Numbered from the stretch's first letter, positions 12,008-24,995 are shown. The stretch is 35,439 nucleotides of DNA from Phoronis australis (GCA_002633005.1 NMRA01000324.1:276179-311617), one strand, 5' to 3'. A program made the numbers and translations. Notes: a model not told the origin generated them from the sequence alone.

Positions 12008-15000
12008 ACTTTTCCTATAAGTATATTGTGGAAACCAGAAAATGCACAAATGCTTTATTTTCCATCAACTCGTTTACGATATTTTGATGGGCAGCATTTA
12101 AATTGGGAATCTTGCGGAGTATAGAAGAACAGATAATAGCATTCATTTTGTCAGTGCGTGTCTCAAGTTTAACAAAATGACGTCCATTGTAGGTTCTTAC
12201 ACTTAACATTTGTTTTCCACTTCATCACACAATTTTTTTGGATCTGCTGGTGTTCAAAAGAACACAAAACTTAAAGGTATTTTCAAAGTAAAAAACATAT
12301 GTCACCTATCATTCACAAAAGGTATGTGATTCAAGTGACGCACAACACTATCTGATGTTCTATCACTTGTTTATCATACTAATTGTTGAATATAATGAGG
12401 GTGTTCTAACTAGTTTTCCACAATAACCTCCATTTAAATGGTTTGTATGCTAGGGGCATTAGAGTTGTAAGACAATGTTATAACCACTTGATGGGGGTCA
12501 AACAAAAATATGTCCCTACAGCAATCGCTTCTTTTTGTTCATGCAGTAGAAATCACGCACGATGCACACCGTTTAATTATTTAAGTTTAAAGTGATAGAA
12601 CCTTCCTTTGCTTCATTATGTATACACTTGTGTTTGCTGTTTATAAAGGTTACTTATGGCATATTTTTTCTTAGTTTATCTCGCAATTCGCAGATATTCA
12701 GTTTAAAAAAAGTCCTCAGTTCCCTACTGTATTCGGAGAACAGGAAACTGTTAAATTCGGCTATCATCGGTTGCTAGCTCCAATCACCGAGAGGTGCCCC
12801 AGCAATTAATAGTTGGACGAATATGTCCATTGTTATATGCTGAAAGTTCTAATGGCGTTGGAATTTGAAGAAGGATACCAGATCGCTGTTTAGTGGGAGG
12901 TTGGGATAATTCACCACTGTCTCGGTTGCCTGCTAACAGATTCTCACTGTGCCGACAGAGGTATCTCAGACTTGCTACTTTAAGGGGAAGTGCAAATGGG
13001 TCGATCTTACTATTTCTTGGACATTGAACACATTCTCTGATATTGACAGAAAGATAGTGCAATCCACACGCCATAAATGCATCAAGACTGGGTGAAGAAC
13101 TTCAAGGTTATAGCAAGTTCTATTTCGGCTTGTCTATGGAATTGGACAACAACGGGAAAGATAACAAGTTTAAAACTGTTAGTAAGTTGTATTTATCATA
13201 ATTGAATTAAACAGTTTTTCAAAAGAATTTAGGCTAGTGACACAAGTTTATTTTATTGAGTGATTAATGTGACCACAATACCCGCTAGACTTAGACTCAT
13301 CGGTTTCACCGGCAACGTTGCGAATTTCTTTGAATACAGAGGCATATTCAACCGGGAGTTAAGTGTTCGGTGAAAGTTTTACTTGAAACCATATATGTTG
13401 CATAACTCAAGCGATGATAAACGAGGGTTATTATATCGAGGTACATAACTTTCAAGCCGATTCTTCAGAGAGCTAAGTGGCAACATTCGTTTATAAGTCG
13501 TAGTTGCTGAAGTGCGAAAATAATGAGCACATAAAGTGACTGTTTATTCCATGTAAAATAGCAACAATTGTCATCTAATCTACACACCGATCAAATCTTA
13601 CATTGAATGACTATTTAACTGACAAACAGTTTTTAGCTATATGTACTTCAGCAGTACAGGGCCAGTAGGTTGAGACTGTGATCAAGGAGTGTACTAGCAC
13701 AGGAGAGTTAACCCCACCATTTTTTCATTCGCCGTAATGGTAACCGGTCGAAACACTAGCGCTCCAAGCGGTTAAAAATCAACACTTACATAGGAGCGCA
13801 TTCCGAACAATGTAAACACTGATGAATTCATACTTTATTGACGTTCAAGGTGCAATGAAAATACTATGTGATTGAAATTGGTTAGAATACGTACATCCAC
13901 TTATAATCGAATGAGAATGAAAATGTTAAAGTTTTTATTCTCTTGAAGCTACTTTCAAATTCATCATGGTTTTGTTTGATGTTTCAGTTCTTAACAAGGC
14001 AAATTATCTTTCCTTATACCTCCATGTACTAAAAAAATTGATCGATTGCTCCTGGGGGTTCAGAGGGTAATTTCCCCCAGGTGACAGCTAAGGGGGTACC
14101 ATGCAAAAACCAGGTGGGCGCCAAATGAGTGTTGACCCCCTCCCAGGGAGGTTACATGGGAGGAGTGCTAAACAGGTAAAAACCAATGGGGTACATGTAT
14201 GCCACATAGGTTTTGAGCCCCTCCCATCGTCACAAATTTTGGTTGCTCCCCTGACCATTAACAAGCATGTTGCTCCCAGCTCACGGCTGGTTTCATCTCC
14301 ACCCAACAATTTTTCATGCGTTCCTGATTCAATGCACTAGCAATGGGAACAATAGGGTTATTAGGGAAATTTACATTAACTAGAGGGCGCGCGTTTACAA
14401 GTGGTGATAAATAAGCAGCCTCGATTTCGCGAGACCTTTAAATACATGGTGAAAGGGATTGCAGCCATGCCAACGGAATCTGAGATTGCGTGAAAAGGTG
14501 CAAGCTTCCACGAGAGAAAGTAAGCACGACCTTATACAATGGTAAGGTTTGTGATTATTTTGACGATTTTTCCATGTTTATTCTACTGATGCCTGTTAAC
14601 GGAGATGTACTCGCCGAACTCGACTTCGCGGCAGTCGCTTGTGGGAATAATGTTTGACTTGGTTGCAATATGTGTTACGATACTTGGCGTAGCATTCGGG
14701 ATCTTTTTGTACATCAAAGCATCATTATTGTTTGGAATGATTTCTAACATCAGTGACAGTTACATCAATCAATGCTGAATTTTTATGCTGTCAACTCGAT
14801 ATTGGTTAGTGAATTCAGATTGCAATCCAAGTCCAATTGCAAAGGGAACGTGACAAATATCCATCATGATTAGACTATTTGTTTATTTGCTCTCCTATGT
14901 CTTCAGGAAATCTATTATACGTTGAAATGGAAATCTAGCTATCATGTCTGTTTTCACGTGACCTTTGGTTTTTAGGCTTGTACCGTACAGAGGAGATATG

Positions 15001-15240
15001 CATCGCTTCTGCACCGTCCCTGAATGGACAAAAATTGGTTTTAAGCATGTGACTACAGCTAAGCAGCAACATCTTCCCATCCAGTGCAGATCTGTTGTCA
15101 AAGCCTACTTTCTATATCGGAAAAAACGAACAAGGTCTTTGAAAAAGGAACAGCTATTTTTAAAGAAAGGTACATGTATGTAAGCCATTTTGTTAATTTA
15201 CTTATGCAGTTTCTTAGCTGGGGATTGGCATAGGGGGTTG

Positions 15241-15529
15241 TAAGGGCGGATCTAAGATTTTAAGTTGGGGGGGCAGGGCACAGGAATAACCAGAATTTCG
15301 GCACATAAGCCCGCCCAGCCAAATATGTAGGAATTTTTTGGGTTTGTCGACCTTATTACAAAAAAAAAACGGTAAAGGGGTTTGTTGAAGGCCTATGCAT
15401 TGTTTATTCGCCTCCCTGAATGCGCGCATATAATAGTCAGCAATTCGCACCTGATCTGCCAAGTGGTATCTGGTAGAATTTTAGGCGGGCAATGGCCCAC
15501 TTGCACCCCCCCCCCTAAATCCACCACTG
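15241..15529. mobile_element. ~290-bp hAT-type MITE inserted in ISL2EU-like copy A
   Basis: Ends GGGCGGATCTAAG... and ...CTAAATCCACCACTG with G-run/C-run subtermini. Absent at the homologous point of copy B (~34455). TSD not clean. Confidence 0.75.
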
Positions 15530-16348
15530 GGTTAGAGTTGTAAAGTTTGGTGCAACTGAATGTGTGGAAATAACAGGTAACACATGTCTGGAGAAAGAGC
15601 ATGGTGAGGTAATTCTTAACCTTCATGAAGTTCCTTCAAGTTCATTTCATGAAAGTGTTTTGCTATCAATTGTTAACTCTTAGAAATGTATTTTCTGAAT
15701 TTTCAGCGACTGAATAGTCTTAACTCTAGCCTTGAAATGTTGCGAGTAGTTTATCAATTCAAATGACTGCAATATTGGTGAAAACTGCATTTTTGATGGT
15801 GCCTTGTGATTGGTAATTACTATTTAACAACAGAAAGATTAACCATCATTTTTTAAATGACCCAAGTCTTCATATTTTCTATTACAAGAAAAATAAAAAG
15901 TCTGAGAAACGGTTCCCTCAGCCTTAGACTATAAGTATGCTTGACAGACCCATGAATCTGTAATCGGAGTTTAAAATTGTTGAAAGTATGAAAATGAAAA
16001 GGCTTTAAAATGGGTTACAACGATTTGAAAATGTCTCATAAAGCTTTTGCAGAAAAGTGATGAGTTAAAAAATTATTATGGCTACGAATTAAAAATAAAG
16101 ACGCAGTTTTATACAATACTTATTATATGCACCCTTGCTTTCTGAAAATAGTAAACATTTAATTTTGTGCGAAATTGTAGAGCAGTCACCATATCATATT
16201 TTTGAAAAACCGGGGTAGCATTTTCGACCCTACCTAAAGTACTTAATTATTCATATTTCAGTATCTGTTCCACGTTCAGTGACATCTGAAGGCCATTTCA
16301 AGTCGCAACATAGACAAGCTTTGTCACTCCTTTCTCTTCCCACTAGAT

Positions 16349-16700
16349 TTCCACACACCAGCAGTGCTGCATGGCACAATGCACAAGTCAGTGGCCCTGA
16401 AGAAATGTGAATCGCATACTAAGTTACCATAAGACAGTGTGCCAGTGGATTGTTTGTGTATGAAGAGGAACTGCAACTGACTGCTACACTAGTCAGCCTC
16501 GGTGATGAAGATGCCCATTATAGGCGATGAGTCATGTGTGGACAATAGCTTATTTCCTTTTCTGGGAGAAAAATGAGGGACTGAAGCTAAAGAAGACCGA
16601 GTGACACCCTGGTCTAGTTCAGGGTCAGATTTTGGGCACAAAATGAGTCAAGTGATATGCTGCTGTGTGTACCTTCAAGGATTTAATTGCCTATGTTATT
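16349..16700 (+). pseudogene. YqaJ-like (lambda/alkaline exonuclease) remnant
   Basis: Across frames: FHTPAVLHGTMHKSVALKK / SGLFVYEEELQLTATLVSLGDED / EGLKLKKTE*HPGLVQGQILGTK*VK*YAAVCTFKD. Compare the YqaJ pattern HG...E..A / GLFV...LAASPDGL / L.LK..H.YY.QVQGQ....CDFVVYT. Contains stops and frameshifts. Confidence 0.7.
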
Positions 16701-17544
16701 GCGGCTGAATTAGGCTACATGAAGGAAAGCCAAAACTGGACCTTTTTACAAGCGTTTCTATATGCCTTTGAAACTAGATCCCAGTGAAATGAAAACTAAA
16801 AGCATTTGGTATGAATACCTGTACTTTCTCAATGAGTGACGTTAACTTTTTCTTTCAGAAGAAAGGCTTCGTACTTGTGGTAAAAACGTTTCAATTTGGA
16901 AGACATTATGGGGAAATGACATTCAGTGACTGTATCGTCTTATTGCTCGTTAATGTTACACTTTGATGATCGAATAAATTTTTCATCAACAGGCAAGTTT
17001 GTCACTAATTACTGAAACCACGATATTTCTTCAGTCTTAAAGCCCCACACAGTGCAGTTGTGCTTATTCTTGATAAAGCTGGAATGATTACCGAATACGC
17101 TTGCGAATTGTCAACTTCCCGTTGACTTATAGAAATGTGCAACGATCAAAATGAAGTATTCTCTTTGTTTGCATTTGATTTGTTTGTGTGTGTTATTATT
17201 TTTAGAGCTTTCTTAATAAGTCCTTTGAACAATTTTAAGTGTTGTATTAAATTGTCTATGAATAAAAGTTCCACATGCAAGAAAAGTATGTTTTCAAGTG
17301 TAGCTAGCTGCATAAGAATCTGCTCTGCACAAGATTCGAGAATAAACAATTATAAGTGCATTTAAAACAAATTGGCAAATTGAATAACCACATACATGCA
17401 AAGAAACAACATTGATAAAAACAATTGTTATTTTCCCAATGCAACGGAGTCCAAAACCAGGCATATCAAGTACTGAATGTCTGAAATAGGTTCAATTCTC
17501 TCAGGTTATTGCTGAAGAATTGCTTTTCACTTTGCCCAAAGTTA

Positions 17545-18447
17545 AAATAGACATTCAGGCGGCTGGTTCAGTCGTTTTCTCTCACCTGTAACAGAAAAGT
17601 AAGAGAAATATTAGCAAATGATAAAAGAAAACATAAGACAAAACTACTTTTGTAAGGCAGAACATACTTGACGTTTCATATTATTTATATGTAGAAACTA
17701 ATAATCTTTGTACCCAAGTCTTATTTAAGATCTGAATTGAAATATATGAAACAGGCTAAAAGTAATTCAACAATGTGTATTTTTCATGACACCTAAATTG
17801 CGCTTCTGGTCTCGAGTAAAATTCAATCTAGGTGTCAATTTTTATTCCAATGCAATGTTGTGATTTTTACTGAATAGCTTATTCATGTGGTAAGTGGGTA
17901 ACTAATCTGGTAGTCCTGGGGGTGAGGTCTGCTATGAAATAAGGAAACTCACTCATCTAAAGAGTTTATTTGGACATAGCATAGTTTTGAAGAGAAACTG
18001 CTGTAAAAAGTCATCCTTGACTTCTGAGCGTCATGTACCACACACCTCTTATATTTGACGCACTCCCACCAAGGACAATATGTGAATTATGTGCTGCTAG
18101 CCTTCCCGGCATCCGAGTCCCGGGTGAGTGTCCGAAAAGAAGCACTTAGTTCCACTCAATAAACCCATTATTCAGTGGGGTAACTGATGGGGATAACATC
18201 ACCGAACGGTGTTGATAGAAAGTGATTGCTAAAAAATTACCATAGAGCACACACGGGGCTTCGGCATACACACACTTTTTGTCAGTTGGTTGACCCTTTT
18301 GACCGAAATGCTCCGCGAATGTATGTAGTAATCTTAGGTCTTTCGGGAATTTCTGACCACCTGTCGAAGACCTGCACCAGGTAAAAAAGCATTAATAAGG
18401 CTTAGCGCCACGACGTATTTTGATAGCAATTTCCTAATTTTTACCAT
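17545..18447 (-). pseudogene. Two-exon THAP remnant of ISL2EU-like copy A
   Basis: ATG at 18447. Contains KFPKDLRLL and RVCS. Second exon starts at 17585 after ttacag (GERKRL). Homologous to 26485-27440. Confidence 0.7.
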
Positions 18448-19574
18448 CTGTTTACATGCAGACAGCGACGCATGCGCAATTCAATCACCACTAGTTACAG
18501 CAGCGACACCACGAGGAGAATTCTCCGAATAGTCCCATGGTTTGGTGTAGTGGGTGTTACACATGTAAGAAGAAGAAAGCAAATCATCACTACCACAAAA
18601 TCGCAATATAATTTTAGAACATTCCATTATTTCTTAGACATGCCAGCATAGGGTAAACTCGATCGCACTCTCCCACGCGCGCACCAAGGGAGCTTCGGGG
18701 GATCGATATGTGCAAAAAGATCCGCCTTCGAGAGACGAAAATCCGTAAAAATATGACAAAAGACCACTAAAGACGCGCAAACGCGGAATTCACAGTCGTG
18801 GTCCCGTTTCTTTTTTGTCCGCCCATTCATTTTTTAGCAAAAGGTCCCCATCGTCAGGAATTCGAGCCCCCCACATTGAGTCTATCATCACTCCTAACTA
18901 GTCCAAGTTGAAAATGCCATGACAAAAAAGTTAAAAGGTACTGAACAGCAATCAAAATATTCACTAGACCCACAACTTCATACAAAACTGAATTGAAATG
19001 GCTTGGATGATAAAGCTAAACTTTTATTTTCTATACACATTGTTCGTAATATCAACAACAGTAGGTACTTCAGGTAAGCTTAAGCTAGACCACAAGATCA
19101 TATTTGTTACCTGGCCACAGCTGGGTATAAATTAATCACAATCTCCAAAAACGTACAGAATAGGCAACACGTACATCATTACATCTAACCAACCTTTTCA
19201 CTCTCTATTAATTCACTAGTAAACAACAGCTCTTTTTGCCAAGGAAATGCGTTATAAATAAAGCTGAAAACTAATTTACTCACAGAGGTGTTTGTCATTG
19301 AGAAGCAAAATGATACGGATAGCTTGGGTTTAAATAAAAGTCAGCCCACCATTCAGACTCTAAAAGACCCATCAGCTTCACTTTTGCTCTCTTCAAATGA
19401 CAGGCTAACCATTCATAAAATGTTTCAATCTGATCAACCAAAGTAAATTACGAAAACCAGGTTTTGACTACTTTCTACACGTGGTGTTCCAGTACTTGCT
19501 TTGTGAGACGATAATCAGAAATGTAAAAAAGCCTATTCCACACCTGTAACATAATTTCCGGAGAACTTTTTGAC

Positions 19575-20387
19575 ATTTTCATTTTTGATGGATTTGGGAC
19601 ATCAAATACTGCTTGGGCACTGCATCCAATACCAGCTTGTTCTTCATTCATGAACATGGACTCCTTGAAGTGATGAGAGCATAAGTTGCAGTTCTTGGAC
19701 AAGCAGGTTGAATCTCTATTCATAAGGTCGGCTCCCAGTGCTTGCACCTGGACAGAAATCAATGAGAGACTCAGGAACAAATCTCACACTCACCAGGTTC
19801 TCAGAAGACTGGTAGCCTACACTAAACTACACTACACTACAGAAGTCCTGTCGTACTGTGATTGCGATAAAGACAAAAGCGTCTTGGAGTCAACTAAAAA
19901 AACTAGGACACAAATACCGATACACGGATATTTTAAGGGCCGCACAGCTTTTCGCCGAGACCCACAGATTTTCTAAGTTGACTAATGAAAGACTTGAGGC
20001 CCTGTGGCTGTGATTGTGCCAAGGCCGTGCCAACACGATGATTCGTATTCACCCATGTCCATGGGTACGCTTTCCTAAAATTATCCCTGCAATCGTTCGG
20101 GTGACATTTTGATTTGGAAAACATGAACTGCAAGTATCCAAAAGGTGACGATCACATCGTACGTTAATCATAGTCCTTCCGCCGGCTGCTTAGCCTACAC
20201 TGCAGACAACAGACAGTGGCACCAGAACAGCGATCGACTTGTCTAACAACCGTGAACACAACACACAAAATGAATTATAATGTATCAAATTATTTAATAA
20301 CATATGATACTTACCTTTCCGGATCCTAAGGAAACCTAAAAAGTGACATGTCTGGGGTTTTCGCACAGCAAAATGCGCCCTCCCCAT
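19575..20387 (-). pseudogene. Two-exon THAP pseudogene (THAP12/PRKRIR-type domain) of the P-like element
   Basis: Exon 1 (20387-20315) reads CCAKTPDMSLFRFP*DPER and ends at a GTAAG donor. GT-AG intron 20314-19748. Exon 2 reads CKHW / ADLMNRDSTCLSKNCNLCSHHFKESMFMN / KLVLDAVP / VFDVPNP. Contains a stop and frameshifts. Confidence 0.85.
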
Positions 20388-20602
20388 TGTTTTGGCACTT
20401 CCTGGTTGACCGTTGCTTGTTCACCACTTGGTGGCGCTAGTAGTAGCGGTAACAGCTGACTCACAAGTGAACTCTCCTATTCTACGACACTCTTGCTATG
20501 ATCAAAACAAGACTCTGTGCAAAAGCAGAGAATTACAAGAAAATTTTATTGGATTGATAGAAGAAAATCATGAAAAAAAAACTTGCTATAACTATTAACA
20601 AT

Positions 20603-20608
20603 TTTATT
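20603..20608 (-). promoter_or_regulatory. Candidate polyadenylation signal (AATAAA) of the - strand WSC gene
   Basis: AATAAA on the minus strand ~100 nt downstream of the stop at 20711. Confidence 0.45.
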
Positions 20609-20710
20609 TGCTCATGCTGCTCAAACACAACACTATTAGGATCCGGAGGTCATGAGTTCCGTGTTTGACGTAGCAATATTTTTACCGTAGGGATTAACAC
20701 CGACAAATCT

Positions 20711-21060
20711 TTAGAACATGTCAGTTCGGAGGCGTCCTCTAATAGTTGAAGCCATAATATAAATGCCGTGCACTCCCCCACAATACTCTCCATATTTCCC
20801 CGTGCAGTGTCGTCTGCATTCTCCGTCATCCGTAAGGTACACCCGTAGAATGTTAATCCATTGACCACAGAGGCATTCTTCTCCATTAATTACACCAGAT
20901 AACGGTCTTCCTTTCTGTTTGCAAAATGATTGGCAAACAGTTCTAGTCATCGAAGTTTTCGATGTCATCCTAGAAATCCTTTCAATGTCTCCAAGTGCCC
21001 TTAAAAACACGCTTCCACTTGTGTAACAGCCCTCCACAAATCCCGACCCTTTATCGTCTT
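20711..21060 (-). CDS. WSC-domain exon 3 (terminal) of - strand gene
   Basis: Phase-1 acceptor cgtttcag. Reads EDDKGSGFVEGCYT...MTRTVCQSFCKQKG...GVINGEECLCG...ECRRHCTGKYGEYCGGVHGIYIM...stop. 8 Cys, frame intact. Confidence 0.9.
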
Positions 21061-21861
21061 CTGAAACGATTGATTTTAAAACATTTCAATGACGACGAAT
21101 TACGCTCTACACATCAGGTTTTAGTAGAACATCCTGTTCTTAAAGAGACAATTCGCAAACAACGCGCTGTACGTGTATATTTTCAACACCGATGCTGTAA
21201 CCTGTTCTGTTTACTAAACATTCTGTGAATGTCTTGGTTGAAATAGGTAACAGTTTAAAGCGACATACTTATCAAAATGAAATACGTAATAAATTTAATT
21301 CCCGGTCTGAAAAATAGGGCCACCTATGTTGATATAATCTCTGCGCGAATTCGGCCAAAGAGCAATAAAATCGATATCAAAATAATATTCCCCGCTCAAA
21401 GGCAGCCACAGAATAAGGCCCTGTACAGTATAGCAAGCCCTGTTTTAAGGCCGATGGAGAGCTGTACAAATATACGGGGCAACAGTTTTACGACGCCCTA
21501 CATTAAAGCAGGATCGACACTGTTGGTCTGCCTTTTGACATGCACCCCTGCTATTACAAGGGGTTCCAATATACATCCATCTCCTTGAGGGGTCATCTAG
21601 AATTGCGTAATTGGCCCCATCCCTTGGCTTGACGCACCCTATCATAGTAAAGAATTCTGTTCTTCAGTTGCTTTCAGACTGGGCTCTTGCAATTACGCTC
21701 TCCATTTTTCTAGTTGTGCTAAGGTGACGACTGTCAGCCTCGTAGCATGACAGACGCTACAAAATACTGAGATACACATAACTAAATAAAATGCAGTTAA
21801 TATGGGGTACTGACCCCAGCAGTGACTGGAAGACAAGTGGTCTGGCTCCCTAGTGTGTGCT

Positions 21862-21881
21862 GAGAGAGAGAGAGAGAGAGA
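21862..21881. repeat. (GA)10 microsatellite
   Basis: Direct reading. Confidence 0.95.
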
Positions 21882-23020
21882 CGCTATTCCACATGACAGA
21901 ACATCTATTTGCAAAGTGACGTGTACTAGGCACGTAAATGATATCCATTCCGACGGAAAGACTTTTCGTCACTACACAGATTACAATGGATCCAAAAAAA
22001 AAACGTCAAACAGAAGTTTGTGTGTGATATTATTAATATTCCGGCTTCTACGTGCCTTTCAAGACAGACTACTGCCTCTGATGATGAATTGCCAAACTAC
22101 ATGATAAAATGTGTGTAAAATTTTGCAAAATATCATTACTAGTCACCTTCTTTAAAGTCGCTTCGATCACGCGTGTTTGTAAAACTTATCATCATGTTGT
22201 TTGAATGACAAATCATCATCATCCACTGATGCATCCCTGACCTTACAAAATTTTGAATATCTTAGCAATCCTTTTTTCTTTAAGATTTTGTGTTTACACC
22301 AGAAAACAGCACTAGGATATACCCATTTTAGTTAATGTGACAATTTCACACTTGTAAGCCAATGTTTTATTCGGTAACGTAAATATAGAATATTACATGG
22401 CGAAGTCGTTGCCCCACGTCATCTAGAGCCCAAGTAGATTTTGGAGAATTATCGAATTATTATTATTATCATAATACCACATACTGAACGAGAAACATTG
22501 CAATGCATCGATCTACCTTTCTCGACTCGCCTCGACTTTGGAACTACTTTCTATGTCAGAGGTCCGGGTTCGGAGGTCGTGACCTTTTAAGGAAAGCCGA
22601 GATATTTTTCTCAAATAATGCTTTTACTTAAAACCAATTGGAAAATAAACCAAAATAGAAATAAAGTGAATCTATAAATTTAGGTTTACCAACTATTTTA
22701 GGTTACTTCACATTTCATCACACTTAGCTTCGATCGGGAAAATACCGTCTGCTAAAGTAGGTTACCACTAGTTAATTGACTATAATGCTCAAGTCAAAGG
22801 AACCCGACGACACGATACCTGCATCCAAATTGGAGATCGGTGATTTTCCATTGAGAGAACACGAGAGAAAAATTTCACTGAATTAAAATATCGTTTTTAT
22901 GGAAATCATGCGTCTTGTTTTTCATAGCGTATAAATGTCGGTGCAATGCCCTTTGCTGAACATGCGATTGTTGCGCGTGCTCATTTAAGTAATTCTATTT
23001 TCACGTTCGATTAAGTCAGC

Positions 23021-23190
23021 CGCTGAGTGGTGTAGCTGTAAAGTCGGCGGCTCGCAACTCTTGAGGCCAGGCTTCGAATCCGGCCTCGGTTTCCCGCCAA
23101 AATGTATTCGCCTTTCGAGGCTAATGTTGTGGTATAATATTCCTGATCCTGATGATTGGAGCACTAAATAAACCGGAGTGTTGGGGGTAG
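23021..23190 (+). mobile_element. tRNA-derived SINE head (or tRNA pseudogene), intronic
   Basis: A-box-like TGGTGTAGCTGT (23028) and B-box-like GCTTCGAATCC (23071). GCTGAG/CTCGGT could form an acceptor-like pairing. CTCGCAA loop. Stems are imperfect and the 3' boundary is uncertain. Confidence 0.6.
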
Positions 23191-24708
23191 AGACAAGTTT
23201 GTTCCCGCAATATTTCAGGCGTCAATAATTGTTGGTTAAAACGATTAAATATTAAGCTTGGACACGCAAATTACGTTTTAAAATCAATTGAAAATTGAAC
23301 ACACTGTTTCCCCGTCATCCAACCATTAAATGCTTCCTATGTCTGTGCAATATAGCTCAGCCCCTACGGTACGAGTGTAATGTACCAAGGTTCTACAGAC
23401 CCCAACCCTTACCTTTGGAGTGATGTCGGTACAAGAAACGGAAAGCGGTCTAAGATCCAATTATTTATTTGAGTTTTCTTCAATGGACTTATTTCTTGAA
23501 AATCAGTGCATACGTGTAGTGTAACAATTTGTCAATACTCCATAAGGGCGTTCGATCAAGGTATACCATCATTGTTTTTATGAAAGCAATTTCTCTGACG
23601 GTGATTAATTCACCAACCACAACAAAAACTTGCCTCGTTATTACGGTTATCTCCCTTAAACTATTGCTGGTTCCATTCGTAGTTTCCTAACTCAAAGCCA
23701 CATAAGACAATACACTTCACTCGACTGCATCTATTGTTTAGAAACATTGGAGCTGTTTTTCAACAAGAACTTGAGGTAAACATATTGACTGATTTTGGTT
23801 AAACTCGAAGGTCATAATTCATGTGTCATCCATAAGTAATTTGTATTTAAGCATAGGCAACGGTTAACTTCTAATTACTAGAATGCTATGTGGTTAACAG
23901 AACAAAATTTATTTTACAGCCTTGGGTATTTTTTATCAATATTAAAGAAGGCGGCATCCACCGTTTTGAATTTCACCCAATCTTCATCTTCTGAACGTGA
24001 TGGCTTGTTGGATCCAGCAGGGTGTCGTTTCTAATGTTTTCTGAGACGGAGAGTCCATTTCTGATTGGTATACTTTTACTACTGAATTATCAAACTCAAG
24101 GTGAATTGAGAGGTCAATGCTCAACTGAAATAATGTAATTGTATGGTAAATGGTTAATCAACGTTTCTGGATTTCTTTTGCTATCCCATAATATTAAGGA
24201 CGTGTTAAAGCTAAATACTACAATTTAGGTATCGTCCCAAAATTTAATTCTACACGTGCTCCATGGTAACCTTTTACTCTTTTGTATATGCCTGATCTTC
24301 GAAGAGAACCACTGGTACTGCAGTCATTTAATCTGAGTGTCGACAAACGTGTCCACCTTTGAATGGGTCTTTCTTCACATAGTAAATTTCAAATAAAATT
24401 CGTCGGAACTCTGCCACATTAGTAAAATCTGGATAATGGTCTTGCCTGAATTGCTTGGAACTTTATTCAAACATTTATCGGTATCAAATAGCAATTTCGC
24501 AGAACATTTGTAGGAAAACTGATACACGTGTTTGCATCTGACTACCATAATATAACAAAAGTAAATTAGTCAAGTGCACTTTTGGACATAATTTTCAAAG
24601 TCAATGAAAACTTGCCGTATGCGAATACCTGCCTTAATTTTACAAAGATTATGCGTATCGTCGTGCAGTGATCAATATTTACATTACTTGTCACTGGTAA
24701 AATCTCAC

Positions 24709-24995
24709 CTGGTATGAAAGAGCTCATTATAAACAAATCAACTTCTCCTCCACATGTGTCGTGTTTGTTGCCACTGCATCGTACCCAACAATCCGTCGAA
24801 GGCGTAACTTCGGAGTCCAAAAAGCTATCTCTACACAGACAGGAATCACCATTGGTCACAATAGCCACCTTTAATCTAAATGACCCGCATATGCTTCTGC
24901 AGTGGAGCTTTGAATTCCTTTTCCCTTTGTAAAACCTATTTAGTGAGTAGTCCATTTGAGGTCTTTCCCAACATTTACCCATCTTTTTTGATTGT
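24709..24995 (-). CDS. WSC-domain exon 2 of - strand gene (1 nt short at A6 run 24984-24989)
   Basis: Acceptor tactttcag, donor CCAG|GTGAGA (phase 1). Reads KKMGKCWERP...HCRSICG...AIVTNGDSCLCRD...DCWVRCSGNKHDTCGGEVDLFIM. Length 287 = 3n-1. Confidence 0.88.

Larger units (their letters stand above)
14354..18536 (-). mobile_element. ISL2EU-like element, copy A (THAP and convergent YqaJ remnants)
   Basis: AT dinucleotide on both flanks. Degenerate TIRs AGGGTTATTAGGGAAATTT and (rc) GGGACTATTCGGAGAATTC (12/19). Colinear in inverted orientation with 26408-34690. THAP plus YqaJ exonuclease plus AT TSD is the established ISL2EU signature. Confidence 0.75.
13683..20495 (-). mobile_element. Decayed P-superfamily-like DNA transposon with THAP remnant, hosting a nested ISL2EU-like copy
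   Basis: Left end CAAGGAGTGTACTAGCACAGGAGAGTT vs right end (rc) CAAGAGTGTCGTAGAATAGGAGAGTT. Subterminal ACTAGCGC..CCAAG.GGT in both arms. Flanks CTGTGAT (13676-13682) and CTATGAT (20496-20502) match 6/7. The THAP start lies ~110 bp inside the right end. Superfamily is inferred from CA.. termini, 7-bp TSD and THAP. Confidence 0.7.

Noticed and set aside
12784-13180. Possible DDE_Tnp_4 fragment (ADRGISDLL) or 96-aa ORF
   Set aside because: Only one loose motif, multiple stops, and no supporting flanking motifs or TIRs.
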